Source: Octopus vulgaris
Lineage: Eukaryota
Assembly: GCA_951406725.2 (NCBI GenBank)
Contig: OX597814.1
Location: forward strand, 9,610,001-9,674,000
DNA length: 64,000 bases
Direction of reading: 5' to 3'
Shown here: positions 39,996 to 59,883 of the stretch, one piece after another
Layout: every line of letters starts with the position of its first letter
How positions within the stretch are numbered: position 1 is the stretch's first letter
Notes under the pieces: model-generated
What the model was told of the DNA's origin: nothing
Database searches by the model: none
What the model saw: the letters and a program-made list of their open reading frames with translations, nothing else
Made by a program: the position numbers and the translations under genes

Positions 39996-40439
39996 TTGTT
40001 CTGGCTTTCTCCGTTCTGATGTTTTCATGGTAGACTTAATCCGTCACCTGGTTTAATACCATAATATTGTCCTTAGGTGTCCTTATTAGAATTTACCCGG
40101 CTGCAAGCATTCGAGACAGCTTCCGGTTTGGAGATAACTTCATAAAAGACCTGAAAAAATTAAAGTTGAAAGACACTTCCTTTCTTACTAAAACTAAAAG
40201 TCTCAAGAAAATTTCTCACCTGACCATGCTGTTTGTTTGCTTCATCCTCATTTCTGAAAAAAATACGCATATTGACTTGGGGATACAGGTTTGGTAATTA
40301 AAACAGCAAAACTGGAATTAATTAGACATTTGTGAAAATAACTTCACAGAAACTCCAGTAACAAACAGAGCTGATCAATCCCATGCGTCTGGGACAGGAG
40401 CGTAGGCGAACTGCTGGTGAAACACGTCTGCAGTGTTCA

Positions 40440-40630
40440 ACGGCTGCGTCTCGAGTCAGAGACGCAAGCAAGGAACGCGATAGAACTTTTCCCGCCAGTT
40501 TTTAGCGCATGTGCATGAGGGAACTTCCGCTGGCCTTCTAGAAGATTCCAACCCCGCACATGCGTACTGAAGACTCTCAAAATGACGTCACTACAAAGGA
40601 AATATTGGGCTGAATTTCCTTCAGACGTAG
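40440..40630. promoter_or_regulatory. Candidate promoter/enhancer motif cluster
   Basis: E2F-like TTTTCCCGCCA 40487, NRF1-like GCGCATGTGCA 40505 and GCACATGCGTA 40556, ETS ACTTCCG 40523, heat-shock element TTCtaGAAgaTTC 40536, CRE TGACGTCA 40583, in a locally CpG-rich island. Confidence 0.45.
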
Positions 40631-41603
40631 TTTGTCCTAAAGTAGCTCTGGCTTAACCAACTCAAAGAAGGAAGTAAAGACTAAATATATTGTCATGGCA
40701 TTGTACAGTTTGAGCTCAGAAATCAACTCTGCCATTCACACTTTCGAAATTTCACTGAAGAGACTGGGAAGTCGTAAATATCGACAATAATCTTCACCTA
40801 AAATATGTGGATTGATCCTAAGTAAAAAATTATCTTTATTGTTATCAATGATATCATTATAATTATCAATATTGTTTATAAATAGCTGAAAATTTATTAT
40901 CATCGCCTTCTTCTTCTCCCGTCTCCTCTATATCTTCCTTCAATTCACTACCACCGTCACTACTACCACCGCCGCCGCCGCCGCCACCACCACCAAAGCA
41001 ACCACCACCACCGTCGTCGTCATCGTTGTTCCTGATGTTTATTTGGAGACCATTAGGAAATATTTTTCGCAACGCTATGCTGAACAGCATAACATGAGTG
41101 AAAATCTGCGATTTGAAACACTCAAACAAACAGAATTAAATCTATAAATTTCAAAGATAACGCGTGATATGCCGGGTGTATTGCATACGTACATACACAC
41201 ACAAGCACACAAACACACGCACGCAAGCGCATGCACACTCACACACACGCACACACGTACACATATATTAGTATGCATATAAATGTGTGAGTGTGTGTAT
41301 ATATATTCGAACATATATATCATATATATGTGTATTTTATATATATAGATGCATATATATATATACATATATACATACATATATATATATACATATATGT
41401 ATATACATACACACATACATAATATATATATATATATATACATATATACATACATATATATATATATATATACATATATGTATATACATACACACATATA
41501 TAATATATATATATTTATATATATATATATATAAATATATATATACGCAAACATATATAAAAGTAGACATTTAAATAAACACATCTATGTGTAAATATGT
41601 GTA

Positions 41604-41604
<1 letters not shown>

Positions 41605-41635
<31 letters not shown>

Positions 41636-42340
41636 ATAATAATAATAATTCCTTCATTTATTTAGCCACTCAGGGCAATTACATTCAATTTCATTCATGC
41701 ATACCAAATATGAAATGTTAAAACTGGGAGAGGGCAGCTCGCAAAAACGTGTGGGTTAGGACGAAAGCAGTTATATAAAACCGAGGGAAGAGTGAAAGAA
41801 GTTATACAATAGACGTGGACTCTAGTTTATAAGCCAAAATGAACCAATACGCAAAATATGAAAAAGATTATAGAAAAACATACAACACATACTACATACA
41901 ACAGATATAATATAAATCGTAAATTCAAAGTTATCCACAAAACACGGTTGAGAATCCACTGGTGTGTCTGGCTTGGAGCATCCAATGTCTTTGTCTGCAT
42001 GCCACCAAAAGGACTGGAAAAGTGTGCGGTCAAAAGCTCCCGTGAATATCTTTAACATGAATCGTAACAAAAAAATGGCGTGGTAGATTGGTTGAACGAC
42101 GGAAGGGGTCCGTGTTCAAATGCTTCTGGGACTCAGGACGTGACGGATTCTCCAGCCCCTCACGAAGCTGGAACGGATGCTGCTTCCTGCTGTTATTGCT
42201 GCTGACCACTCCGTTCTTCCACATCCTTTCGACTGTTTCTGCAGGGTGTAGGGAGTAAGGAGTCTTTTGTGTTCTTGGTTAGCTATTGGCGCTGAAAATG
42301 AGTGGTTATCCCCAGTAAATTCCGGTGAAAGCTTCGGAAT
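41605..42340 (-). mobile_element. Possible old LINE 3' fragment (Tx1-like tail)
   Basis: Reverse complement ends GCCCTGAGTGGCTAAATAAATGAAGGAA(TTA)n(CTA)n, similar to the Tx1 tail GCCCTGTGTGGCTAATAAAG; body is GC-richer but gives no clear motif. Confidence 0.4.
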
Positions 42341-42418
42341 TACCGGTCAACAACGACGATAACCACAACACAATGAACAGCATCGCCATCACTATTATCA
42401 GTAATGATGATGATGAAG

Positions 42419-42477
<59 letters not shown>

Positions 42478-42723
42478 TCAAAAGATAGTGCTCATGGGAA
42501 CTGCTCATATCCTACGCAAAATACTTTCTATGTAATCTCAAGTTTTAAAACAAGCATAATTTTCGTATGTTTTTTTTTAGACATTCACTAGTACAACACT
42601 AAATACAAAACCAAATATATAGCACACTAGGCATAACAACAACATGAACTTCCAACCTGTTGTCTCTTGAGGTCTCTGGGTGAGACTTGGAGCCAACTTG
42701 TACAAATGTAAAGCAAAAGTCAA

Positions 42724-42771
<48 letters not shown>

Positions 42772-43717
42772 GATGAGGAACAACAACAACAAGAACAAGG
42801 TTTCTAACGATAAAAAGAACGAAACTTTTACTAGGGTCATAAGAATAGATAAGAAGAAAACGTGAAGCGTGAAAGACAAGCTTAAAAATATGAATGGTAG
42901 AGGTGAGTGACGTTAAACAATACATAAAAAGGCATATTAAGATTTTTAAACGTACGCATGCGCGCACACGTATGCATCTATTAATATGATACAGAAAACA
43001 AAGCATTTTTATGTTTTATAAAACATACGTTTGTCTCGGCATGTTACTGCCAAGACTACATAATTGCTGGTTGAAACATTATATAATCCTGTTAGTTCAC
43101 CTCGTCATTTTTAGCAAAAATACTGGGATACACATCAATATATGCATGTACATGCTTGCACACGAGTAAATAGAAACGTACGATAACATAATTAAAATAT
43201 GATGTAATTAGGGGTAATAAGCATAAAAAATTATTGGTTAAGTTGAATTAGGGCAGTTCACAACCCTGTTTGCTTAAACAGTTCTCATATTGTGTTCGAA
43301 TGCACCAGTAAGCATTTTTTTTGAGAAAATAACCCGTGAGGAATATGCTCTTTTAAGTTAGTTGTAATACTTTATTACAATGTTTGTTTAAAGAGAAGAG
43401 GCATGTCACTGATGAGTCAGTGAATAGCGACTGAATGATTTTGGCAAACGAGAAATCGATTTATTACAACAGTTATTTTTTTTATTTTTATTTTTATTTT
43501 TACTAATTTTTTGTATGCTGGTTATATTCAGAACCTAACTGTTCTTTGTGACATTCTGATTTCTTCGGAAAGTCTGTCGCATGACAGATAGGTAATTTTG
43601 TCTATTAAATATTTTCTTGATTCCCGAGAAAAGAAAAACAGAAAAATACAACAGACGGTTCTGTTCATCTTCGTCTTCATTTTTTTCATTATTTTGACTT
43701 TATTTTTTCTTATTTAG

Positions 43718-43749
<32 letters not shown>

Positions 43750-44772
43750 TAATTCTTGTAGATATTCAGCTCTGAGGAGCGTTTTACTACGGCAAATGTA
43801 GCAGCTAGGTTTTCAATCCTATCCTGTGTCATTAGTTTCAAGTCGTTTGTCTCGGAATCTTCTACACTAAACAGTTCCGGTATGATTCTGTAGCCATCGC
43901 AGATCATTACATCTGGAAAGTTCATTTTAACATCTCCTGATCGCATGTCACTTTTCATTAGCCCTGCTTTGACAATTCGCCTTTACTGCGATACAAAATC
44001 AATGACAAGCCACTGATCTGCATAGGTTCCGATTTCTCTCATCATAATTCTTGTATTTCTTTGACTCATATACTTGGACACTATATATTTATATAGTTTG
44101 ACAATTTCAACCCAAGTTTTTGCGGAGTCTTCAGTTTCTGGCGAGAGGATTTCTCCCTATGTATCCTGAAGATCTTACAGTACTTGATATGAGAAAAGAT
44201 TTAGGCCACTGCTATCCTTTCGTAATCAGAGTTATATATTTTTCTCTTTACCTACTCTCTTCTGAATTATCTTCTGTAACAGAGAAATGGTGTTCAGCTT
44301 TAAAAAATTCCCCATCTACATATTTTAGTAGTCCTTTGTTATTGACGAAATAATTCACCCACACAACTTTCCCTCATGACATAGATAAAGAGGCTTGATT
44401 GAAAAAGAGAGTGAATGATGCCATATCTTCATACAAACCTCCATTATACCAATATCGAAGAATCGCCCATATTTTTTCTTGCAGCTATGACAGTTCTAAA
44501 AATTTGTTCCGTTTATGATGATGTTAAAGAAAGTCTTGCCTTAACTGCTTTATGAACTGATCACAGTATCTGACTTTATGTAACCGTCGAAACTTCTGAA
44601 ATTATTTTTACGACAGTCAGTGTCGTCAAAATGATTTATTTGAATATTTGGATTTTCACTAAACTGTTAATTTTTCCCTCTTCCTCTCGTTGCTTGTTCG
44701 ATTTTGTGTATTTTTCTTTGTATTGCAGTCTTTAGTCGTGAAGTTTATGCATCTCTAGTCACCCTTTAGCTA

Positions 44773-44827
<55 letters not shown>

Positions 44828-44844
44828 GTATGTATCTATCTATG

Positions 44845-44877
<33 letters not shown>

Positions 44878-44880
44878 CTT

Positions 44881-44921
<41 letters not shown>

Positions 44922-45938
44922 ATCTATCGATATTTACACTCACACACACAAACACACACACACACACACACACATCTCAGAATGTCCCAATATTATGGAC
45001 CATTAGTTAAGTATAATCCTAGCATAGCAGGATCACCAATGAAGACTGTCTGGCAATACCAGTATATGTAATAATATAAACGACAAAACCACCATAAACT
45101 GCGGACTCTTTAATAAATTCAACCTTATTAGTGATATGAAAAAATGACGACTTCCTCGGGTCGAGTATTACCTGACTGGTCTGTTCTGGAAGACATTCAG
45201 ACTGACGACTATTACAGATAACTTTCAGAACTCATTAATCTATCATTGCTTATGAAAGGTAACGCTAATTCGAGACAAGCCACACAAACGTGAAACTGTC
45301 ATTAGGCGAGACTATCCAAGATGCTTGCAGAGTAACCAAATCAGTGTCAGATCAGTTTTTGATATCTGAAATAGTGTTGAACAAATGTCGTCATGTTGAA
45401 GTGAGTATCAGTCAAGTCCCTCGTAAAAATCGCTGAGTATGACTTTTAACCGTCAGTGCATTGACAACCTGATGGAATTTTGGTAAGAAGGCGGGAACTA
45501 TGAAGGTGAATATATATTATTGATCGAGTTGCTAAAACTGTTGATGAAAAACAAGAATTAAAATAAATAGGAAAAAAATAGGAACGTATTTATCTGACAA
45601 GTTCTCTCCTTCTGTCTCTCTGTTGTCCTCTCTCTCTCTCTTTCTTGTCCTCACTTTCTCTCTGAATATATATATATATATACATATACGTATGTATTTA
45701 CATACACTTACATATATACAAATATAGATATACATATATATATGTATAATGTATGATACATACATAGATACACACACACTGTAGCTATATGGCTAGAATT
45801 TTACAATTTAATTGAAAACATATTCTAAGAGTAATTGAATTAGCAAAAATCTCGATAGACTAAAATAACTCCAGAGAATTTATATATGCAGATATAACGG
45901 CGATAACATTGCTTAATCACATGCCAAACATCCAAACA

Positions 45939-46004
<66 letters not shown>

Positions 46005-46032
46005 ATATATACAGCATACAGGCATATATATG

Positions 46033-46133
<101 letters not shown>

Positions 46134-46339
46134 ACATATATATATGTAGACATATATTTATATAAAACATGCATCTACATGTATGCATAATAAATGTATG
46201 TACATAAGCATACATACATACATACACATATATATGCACGTATATATGTGCATATGTTTGTGTTCACGCCCACACACACAAATACCCACATATACACGCG
46301 TATATATACATATATATATGTATATATATATATATATTC

Positions 46340-46370
<31 letters not shown>

Positions 46371-46889
46371 CGCATGCAAATGTGCATATAGATGTATAAA
46401 AATAAATCTCTCTAAAAAGTTGCATAGCCTTGTGCCTATGTTAATATATCATCGCTATTGAAGATTATTTATTGAACATTAATGCGAAACAAACAACATT
46501 ATCAGTTGTATTACGACTCGTTTCATGATGTGGCGGTTGTCGAGATTATGAAACTTTCCTCTCATATTACTTCTTCCCCTCGCGATTCCACTTCGCATTT
46601 ATTTATTATCACCTTCTTCTCTTATCAATTCTATCTAGCGTTTATCATTTGATAATAATGAAATAAATAAACAACAGGAAGATGAAATAGATTATGAAAA
46701 TGAAAGAAAAGCAAAGAAATAATTTAAACAAAGCTTCACCGCAAAAAAAAAAAAATATATATATGTATAATGGAGAAGAAAGAACTGAAAATGTAGCTAA
46801 TAACTAAAAAATTATTTTTCCTGAAAATGCAGAAAATAAATATATAAAAAAATAGTGAAAAAGATAAAAAAATGTGAATGTTATTAACA

Positions 46890-51720
<4,831 letters not shown>

Positions 51721-52499
51721 TGATAACAAAAAAATAATAATATTAATAATAAAGTAATAAAGCATTTGCAATACAAACGAAATAAAAAAAAAAAGCAGAA
51801 AATACGCTCATAACAAAATAATTTCCACTTCAACAAAAGCGCCCCCACACAAGTTTACAACAGGAAAAAAAAAAGCAGTGATAAACAAAACAATAAACAA
51901 CGAATAATTTTATTAAAATCAATATAGAAATCAATCATTGATTGGATTTGTGTAAAATTTCACTCCACTTGGTTTTTGCCAAAGTTAACTATTTTTTTCT
52001 TCTTTGCAACAGATAGTTTTATATCAAATTGCTGCCTGGTTTTAATTGATCTAGAGAAGGTTCACTTCGATGATTATTAAGTTTTCTTTTATCCGCTTAT
52101 TTGGTGAAATTATCGAACATTTTAAATTACTCATTCTATCCTCAAGCAAAATAAATAAATAAATAATATATATATATATATATATATGCGTAATATACAC
52201 GTAAACACACGCACACATATATATACAAACACATATAAACATATATATATATACAATATATATATATATATAAATATATACAAAATATACATATATACAC
52301 ACATGAGATATAAATATATATATGTGTATACGCATGTATATACGTATATATATTTGTAAATATATATATATATATGTATGTAGATGTAGATATGCGCACA
52401 CACATACATATGCATGTGTACATGTGTATTTGTGTTAAACTAAATAATGAAATAACATACAGAAATAAAATTAAATAACGTTATCGTCAGGGTTTATTA

Positions 52500-52534
<35 letters not shown>

Positions 52535-53067
52535 GTCATTATTATTATTATTATCGCTATTGATATTTGTTATCTATTTTGTTATTTGCGGTATTCATTG
52601 TTTATTGTTGTTATGATATTTTCATGATCTGTTATTTGGTTAAAATTACCACACTTCTATGCAAAAATGAATTTTCACAAACAAACGGCCATTTTAATCA
52701 AAACATTTTTACACATACACAGACAGACGCTCACACACATGAACAAATAATCACATAGAAATCCCGCCACAAACATATTACGAATGCATAACCAGGTATA
52801 GTAATATAAACGCTCATGCGTATATTGTTATACTTCTGCATTTGCATATATACACACTTGAATACATCTCAGTGACATAATAATTCGCTCATTCACACAT
52901 TCATTAACTCACTAATTCTGAAGCTATCGTTCTTTCTATCCCTTGCATGCTTTCGCCTTAGTCTTTGTCTACCTCTCTTCAACCTCTCTCTCCTTTTCTC
53001 TCTTCATATGTATAGGCATTTCTATGTATGTATGAATGTATGTATGTATGTATCCATCAATCCATCC

Positions 53068-53116
<49 letters not shown>

Positions 53117-53675
53117 CCTACCTACCTATCTATCTATCTATCTACCTATCTATCTATCTATCTATCTACCTATCTATATACCTACCTATCTATCTAACTA
53201 TCTATCTATCTATCTATCTCTCTATCCATCTTTCTATCTACCTATATGAGAAGTTTTGGTATCCAGAAGACCCAAAAGGCAGGTAACGCATATTATTTTG
53301 TCATCCATTTATTAGCACATACATATATGTACACATATATACATTTATAGATAAATGCATATATGCATACACACACACATGTATATTTAGATAAGGAGTA
53401 GGGACTACAATCATCACTACAAGGCATGATGCCCCTGCCTTATGTGAGTCCTAGGCCTAGCTGATTCAGGCTGACATTACCTGGAATGGGTCTCTGTTGA
53501 AAGTTACATCTCTGCATTCGATAGTGTTGAGAAATGTGGTTCAGAGGGAGAGCAATGCGCCACTATTTAAATTACTACAAAAACGAGTCGCCCGATTCTC
53601 TATGAAAAATGGGAGAAGCTAATACATACGCACGCGCACACACAACTGTGTGTGTGTGTGTGTCTGTCTGTCCGA

Positions 53676-53731
<56 letters not shown>

Positions 53732-53732
53732 G

Positions 53733-53769
<37 letters not shown>

Positions 53770-55403
53770 ACCTAATTATCTTCCTGTCTATCTCATTACG
53801 CACACACACACACACACACATACACACATACACACACACACAGAGTATACCGTTTAAGAAACATAATTAACTCACTGTGAGACATAAGCAAGCTGGTTAC
53901 ATCACAAGTTTTATCATTCCATTCGGATTGATTTGACCAGTTCCTGAGTTGGTCAGACATTTATCAGAGAAATTATATCCATTTTCTGGCTGGAGAAAGA
54001 TAAGAAGGTTATCTCCAGTTCTAGTGCAAACAAAACTCGGACAAAGTCGAATTACCCTGCTGTGTTTGTATAACAGCGCTTGCTCTAATAACTTGAATTA
54101 ATGCTTATTTAATTGTTCACTACACAGCATTTTCCGAGCAATTTAAAATAATAGTGTACTTTTCAATAATCATACCAATTATTTTAAAGACATTAAGAGT
54201 TAATTAATTGATGCGGCCAGTTCATGTACTGTTATGCAAATTAGACAAGTTCAGCTTCGTTACTGTTTGCGACCAGAGTAAATAGTTATAAGCTAATGAT
54301 ATAGCCGCGGACAAGAGAGGTTCTTCATTTATTTACTGGTAAGGTTTTAACAAGACCAGAAACTAAACTCGGATTCAGTTTTTCCTGCCCACTCCTGTAT
54401 AAAAGTCTGTGGTGTTACCGACCTGTCTACTTTTCAGAGACCGGATCTAATTGTATGTATAGTATGTACCTATGTATGTATGTATATGTGTTCGTATATG
54501 CAAAGTTATGTACAACTATAACTGGTCGTGCTTAACTTTGCATATCCAATTGAGACTGACAATTCAAAATATTTTTTGAAGAATAGTACAAATACAAACA
54601 GAAAAACAACTGGTAGCAGTTATCACCAAATTACCAAGAAGCTTAAAAATTTGCAGCTTAACTTAAAATAGAGGATAGAACTAAACGTTTAGCATTGCAT
54701 AAATGACTACATTACTTTTAAAGATTTTAAACATAATTCTAAAGCTGATACCAAGTCTAGATTTATTAACACAGTAAAATGCGAACTAGGTAAATTAGTA
54801 ATTATATTTTGGATTCGGCTACCTTAAAAATTAGTCCAGCCGGAAATTTGCCCACATGGAAAAAATAGCGCTAGTGTAGTTAATTGGTTAAGTTATATAC
54901 AAGCAAGTCTGAGGAGCTTTCGATTGGACTGTGACGATATCTTCTGCATATTTTATCGAACTATGAAAAACGAAACCTAATATCGTTCTGAAGGTCTGAA
55001 CTCGGAATGTCGAGCCAACGCTGTGATTGAATAAACACATTGACGAGAGCAAATGCAAGCATATGTAAACAATTTTAGTAAATATTTTCGAAAATCTCCG
55101 TGAACAAGAAGTAGACGGGTCGGCCTTACTGGTTTCAAATTATGTCAAAAACTAATAAACATACCTTAATTTGCATTTCAAGTTATAGAATAGGCTAGTG
55201 CACCGTTAATGAATTAGTACACACATACACACACTCACACATTTTGCTTTATATTTCACGCTGAAGTTTCTCTCAGACTGTCACAGTTCCGTTTTTCGCT
55301 GCAACTGGATCTTCACTGGAATTGCCATATTCCTTGATAAATACATATATATGCATGCAAATATATACATACACGAGCGTACACGCACACATACACACGC
55401 ACA

Positions 55404-55441
<38 letters not shown>

Positions 55442-55805
55442 CTCACACACACACACGTCACATATACATATGGCGTCAACTGAAAAACAGCTTTGATTCC
55501 CACTGGTTACTCATTTTTAATTCCATTTGAAATCTCACGTGTTTGCATCCACACTTAATTTAGAAATACATATGTTCCGTTTTCAATTTTGGATTAGTCA
55601 TAAAAAGATGATTTTATTACGATATTTAAAAGTTGTAAAAGTTAATTGCACCCAGAAACATTCATACGCACATACATGTGTTTGTGTATGAGCGCGCATG
55701 TGCATTGAATTCTCCGTCCAGTTGGTTCCACTCTTGTTGTAGACACAAACGGTGCTGTTTCACAAATATAACTTTCGACTCCACAACAACCACGATAATT
55801 ACAGT

Positions 55806-56081
55806 CACTGGCTCGGGAACGAAATTTGTTTAGTGGGTGCAAACCCAGACCCCCAAAGATTTTACAAATAAAGTCATGCTTTTTATTTATTTATTTATTT
55901 ATTTATGTTCTTTGTTCTTTGAGAAGATACCTAAATCAAAGTACTTTTTACAGATCACCTTTTATTCACTGTTTTCTAAACCTGAGAAAAGTAAGTAAAG
56001 GTGCAACTTTTGATTTTGCACTCCACAAAAATTTTAGGGGGTGCGCTTGCACCCTCTGCACCCCCAGTTCCCGGGCCCATG
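55806..56081. mobile_element. Old hAT-type MITE
   Basis: Imperfect TIRs CACTGGCTCGGGAAC / GTTCCCGGGCCCATG, subterminal GGGTGCA/TGCACCC repeats, flanks ATTACAGT / AGTACAAT (6 of 8 match). Confidence 0.65.
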
Positions 56082-56109
56082 AGTACAATCATTAGAAGCT
56101 GTACGGTGA

Positions 56110-56255
56110 CAAGCACAAGGCCAGTAGTTTTGAAAGGAGGGTGATAGTCTATTACATCGACGACTTCTGCACTTTAATACTACTCTGTTTTATTGACACC
56201 ATAAGGATGAAAAGCACGGTCGAACTCGATGGGATTTGAACTTGAAACGTAAGGA
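56110..56255 (-). mobile_element. SINE family C, old diverged copy
   Basis: GCACAAGGCC...ATTACATCGAC...GGATGAAAAGCACGGTCGAACTCG...ATTTGAACT. Confidence 0.6.
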
Positions 56256-56263
56256 TTGACGGA

Positions 56264-56455
56264 CACGCTGGGTGAAATGCTTAGCGATATTTCGTCTGTT
56301 TTTACGTTCCGAGTACAAATTCCGCCGAGGTCGACTTTGTCTTTGATCCTTTCGGGGTCGATAAATTAAGTACCAGTTGCGCACTGGAGTCGGGATAATC
56401 GAATAGGCCCCCTCCCCCAAAATTTCGGGCCTTATGCCTAGAGTAGAAAAAAATA
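56264..56455 (+). mobile_element. SINE family C (tail type 2)
   Basis: AAATTCCGCCGAGGTCGACTTTG...CCCCAAAATTTCGGGCCTTATGCCTAGAGTAGAAAA. Confidence 0.88.
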
Positions 56456-57042
56456 GTTAATGTTTTGGACTGTTATTTCAAAAGACTTTAAAGAGTATCA
56501 GCAGATAATATACCGATGGTATGGGAGTCAATACTAAATCCAGTCGAATAAGTCGTCAGGTAAAACTAATTTTATACAAATATTAATATATTTTTATTCA
56601 GACAGAGAAAATGGCAATATTTAAGGCAAGAAAAAACTAATTTTATTTGTCACGTGCAAAGTCTCGATTATATTGCAGGGTGTCAAGTATCAATGTCAGA
56701 TACGTCCATTCCTGATCTCCGGTTTATTTGTATGTTTGATATTATATATCAATTTCTAATAGAGGAACAAGGTATTAAATTTAAGAGAAGAATATATCGA
56801 AAATATCGAACCCCAGTATTCGATTAGTACATATTTTGTCATCCTTGGGAGGATGAAAGAAAAACGCTAAACATGATGGGATTTCAGTCAAAACGTAAAA
56901 CGTAAATAACTTTACGTTGCTGTACAAGGTATGTGCTAACAATTATTGGTTTCTTCTGTCTAAACATTGAGGCCCTGTCTTTCAAAAGTTGTAAAAACGG
57001 GATTCGTAACAATTACACTGTGTAACACGATTTTTCTCCATG

Positions 57043-57453
57043 AGTAAGCAACTGTTATTTCCTATTTGCTTACACTCCCAGAAAGTATGAAAAATAGCTA
57101 ATATTTCTTTCAAACTTTGCTTTTGTTACTTTTATTCATACCCCCCAAAGAATCCCTCCCAACACATGGCTATGATGCTCTCCCACTACACCTGCTCATC
57201 ATCAGAAATGCACACATTGTCACCCACTATGAGACATGCTCAAATCTTTAAAGTCAGGCAAAACTGTGATATTAAACAGAATATTTGCAGATATTTGTGC
57301 TTCAGTAACTTAGCGTTGAATCGGTCTGAAATGTAATGGAAAATAGGTCAGTTTCAAAATATTGATGTCCAGGTCCTAAAAGCAAAGTTTGAAGAGAATA
57401 GCAGTCATTTCCTTTGATTTCTAGATAGAAACAAATAGGAAATAACACTTACT
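57043..57453. mobile_element. MITE-like element with long imperfect TIRs
   Basis: TGTTATTTCCTATTTG / CAAATAGGAAATAACA and inner TTCAAACTTTGCTTTT / AAAAGCAAAGTTTGAA. Confidence 0.75.
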
Positions 57454-57509
57454 GACCAGAAATCAATCAATAAATGAATAGAATAAAATAAAAAAATTTG
57501 TTACATAGT

Positions 57510-57631
57510 CTGTTGTGTCTGGGGAGAGTCATTTTCCTTTTGTGCCTTATAATGTAACACACTCACCGGTAAAATTTCCACTTTTTCTTATTTTCCTAAA
57601 AAAAGAAAATGACTCTCCCCAGACACAACAG
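57510..57631. repeat. 27-bp perfect inverted repeat
   Basis: CTGTTGTGTCTGGGGAGAGTCATTTTC (57510-57536) and GAAAATGACTCTCCCCAGACACAACAG (57605-57631). Confidence 0.9.
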
Positions 57632-58425
57632 AATATGCTTCAACACACGAACTCATATAAAGAATCTTGCAAACCAAATCCAAAAACGAAATATTGTTAC
57701 ATAGTGTTATTCTTTTCTTAGACATTATTAACGTAGATGAAAAAAAAAAAAGAATTTTCAGTTGGTTTATGAAACCATATCATACTGCCAGAAGCTTATC
57801 TCTTGCACTACAACACAAGTACTTTTAAAATAGGATTATTTATTTATTTATTTATTTATTTTCTTAGATACAAAAGCCTCATACATGGTAAAGAAAGAAA
57901 ATGACAAATAGTGATAGTTGACGCTAATGTGGAATCGGAAACTGAAACCGTGATGGTCTTTTTGGATTGCTGGGAATTTACCTATCGCTTTTTAGTAAAC
58001 GCCCCTTTTGGTAATGGATATTATTTAGTGTCACCAGAGAATATTTATTTTAGCAGAACAAAAAAGATTGAATTAGCCGTCAATTACTTTAAACTCTATT
58101 ACATATTTAGATAAGAAATAACATGGAAACTATATCAATTATTTACTGCCAACCATTATTACAAATCTGGCAATTTTCTACGGAGTGAATAAAAAAAGAC
58201 AAACGATTTCTCGGTTTAAAAGGAATACATTATCAACATAATGGCGCCAGTCTCAAGTCTGAAAGCGGAGAGCTTGTTGTGGAATGACCGCTTGAAAACA
58301 ATCTAAATATTAACGGATGCCCATATTAACAGACAACTGTAGAAAGCTGAGTCGGATTTGCATACGTATACACAAACATACACTCAAATATATTTACACA
58401 TATGTATACGTTAGAAGATTTAGAT

Positions 58426-58523
<98 letters not shown>

Positions 58524-58534
58524 ATATATATATG

Positions 58535-58565
<31 letters not shown>

Positions 58566-58592
58566 GTATATATATATGTATATATATATGTG

Positions 58593-58643
<51 letters not shown>

Positions 58644-59098
58644 ATATATATATTTATACACAAACACACATTAACACATATATAAGAATTTATATACATA
58701 ACCTAATATTAACAAATGTATAAAAATACATGTGAGTACATTAGACATGCGCACTTATACCGACGTACGCATACACAAACAGTGCGCTTACTTACATACA
58801 TATATACATACACAGACACACATATATGATTAAACAAGCTGTCTGTCATCATATTAAGTAGAATTATCACGAGCATCAGTAAGCATACCAGATTTGGCAT
58901 CGGCCGAAACAGACAAACAAAACCCCTCCTTCCTTTCTTCTCATCGCTAATGTGACATTCTGTATACTCTATGTTACAAATCTTATAAATCGCTGTGTAG
59001 TTAATTTGTTCCTTACACCACCTTCGTCTCCTCCGGCACTCAATTTTTTGTGCTCTCTTCAGTACATGCCACATAAAAAACGACGCTCACAAATATAT

Positions 59099-59329
59099 AT
59101 TTCTTTACTACCCACAAGGGGCTAAACACAGAGGGGACAAACAAGGACAGACATAGGTATTAAGTCGATTACATCGACCCCAGTGCGTTACTGGTACTTA
59201 ATTTATCGACCCCGAAAGGATGAAAGGCAAAGTCGACCTCGGCGGAATTTGAACTCAGAACGTAACGGCAGACGAAATACAGCTACGCATTTCGCCCAGC
59301 GTGCTAACGTTTCTGCCAGCTTGCCGCCT
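59099..59329 (-). mobile_element. SINE family C (tail type 1), full length
   Basis: Near-identical to 27219-27450. Confidence 0.92.
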
Positions 59330-59342
59330 CACACACACACAC

Positions 59343-59435
<93 letters not shown>

Positions 59436-59883
59436 TGGCCTATATACACGTATACAGCCATATATACAATCAATGTATACACTTGCATGAGCCACAATAG
59501 ATATCGTACCAAATAGAATACTCAATCATGTGACTGACTTCACAATTTTTAAAATAATTTTTCATGTAAAACACTACTAAAAATGCACGACAAACAGTGA
59601 GGAACTTCATTAGAAACTACATCAACACATCAGATGCTAATATTTTACAAAAGTCACGTGCAACCTACATTGGAATACTGCCATATATATATATGTATAT
59701 AGACCAGTGCTGTTGCTTATAATCACATCAGCATCAAGGGTAATTAACAAAGCTTGCATAACAGATTCACATCCTAACGTGTTCGGTCCTCTGGGTGACA
59801 AGCACGCCGTTCTCATTCTTTGCTTCTCTTGTCGATACTACAGATACTACAACGGTTTGTGCTCCATGCTAATCTATTTAGCT

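Noticed and set aside
43404-43446. Hammerhead-like tgtca-CTGATGA-gtc...gac-TGAATGATTT-tggca
   Set aside because: GAAA and helix III are not intact; at best a decayed relic.
43780-44620. Non-repetitive block, possibly an old LINE or exon
   Set aside because: No identifiable protein motif in any frame that I could support.
58259-58300. CTGA-aagcgg...ccgctt-GAAA
   Set aside because: Core incomplete; no palindrome or stem I.
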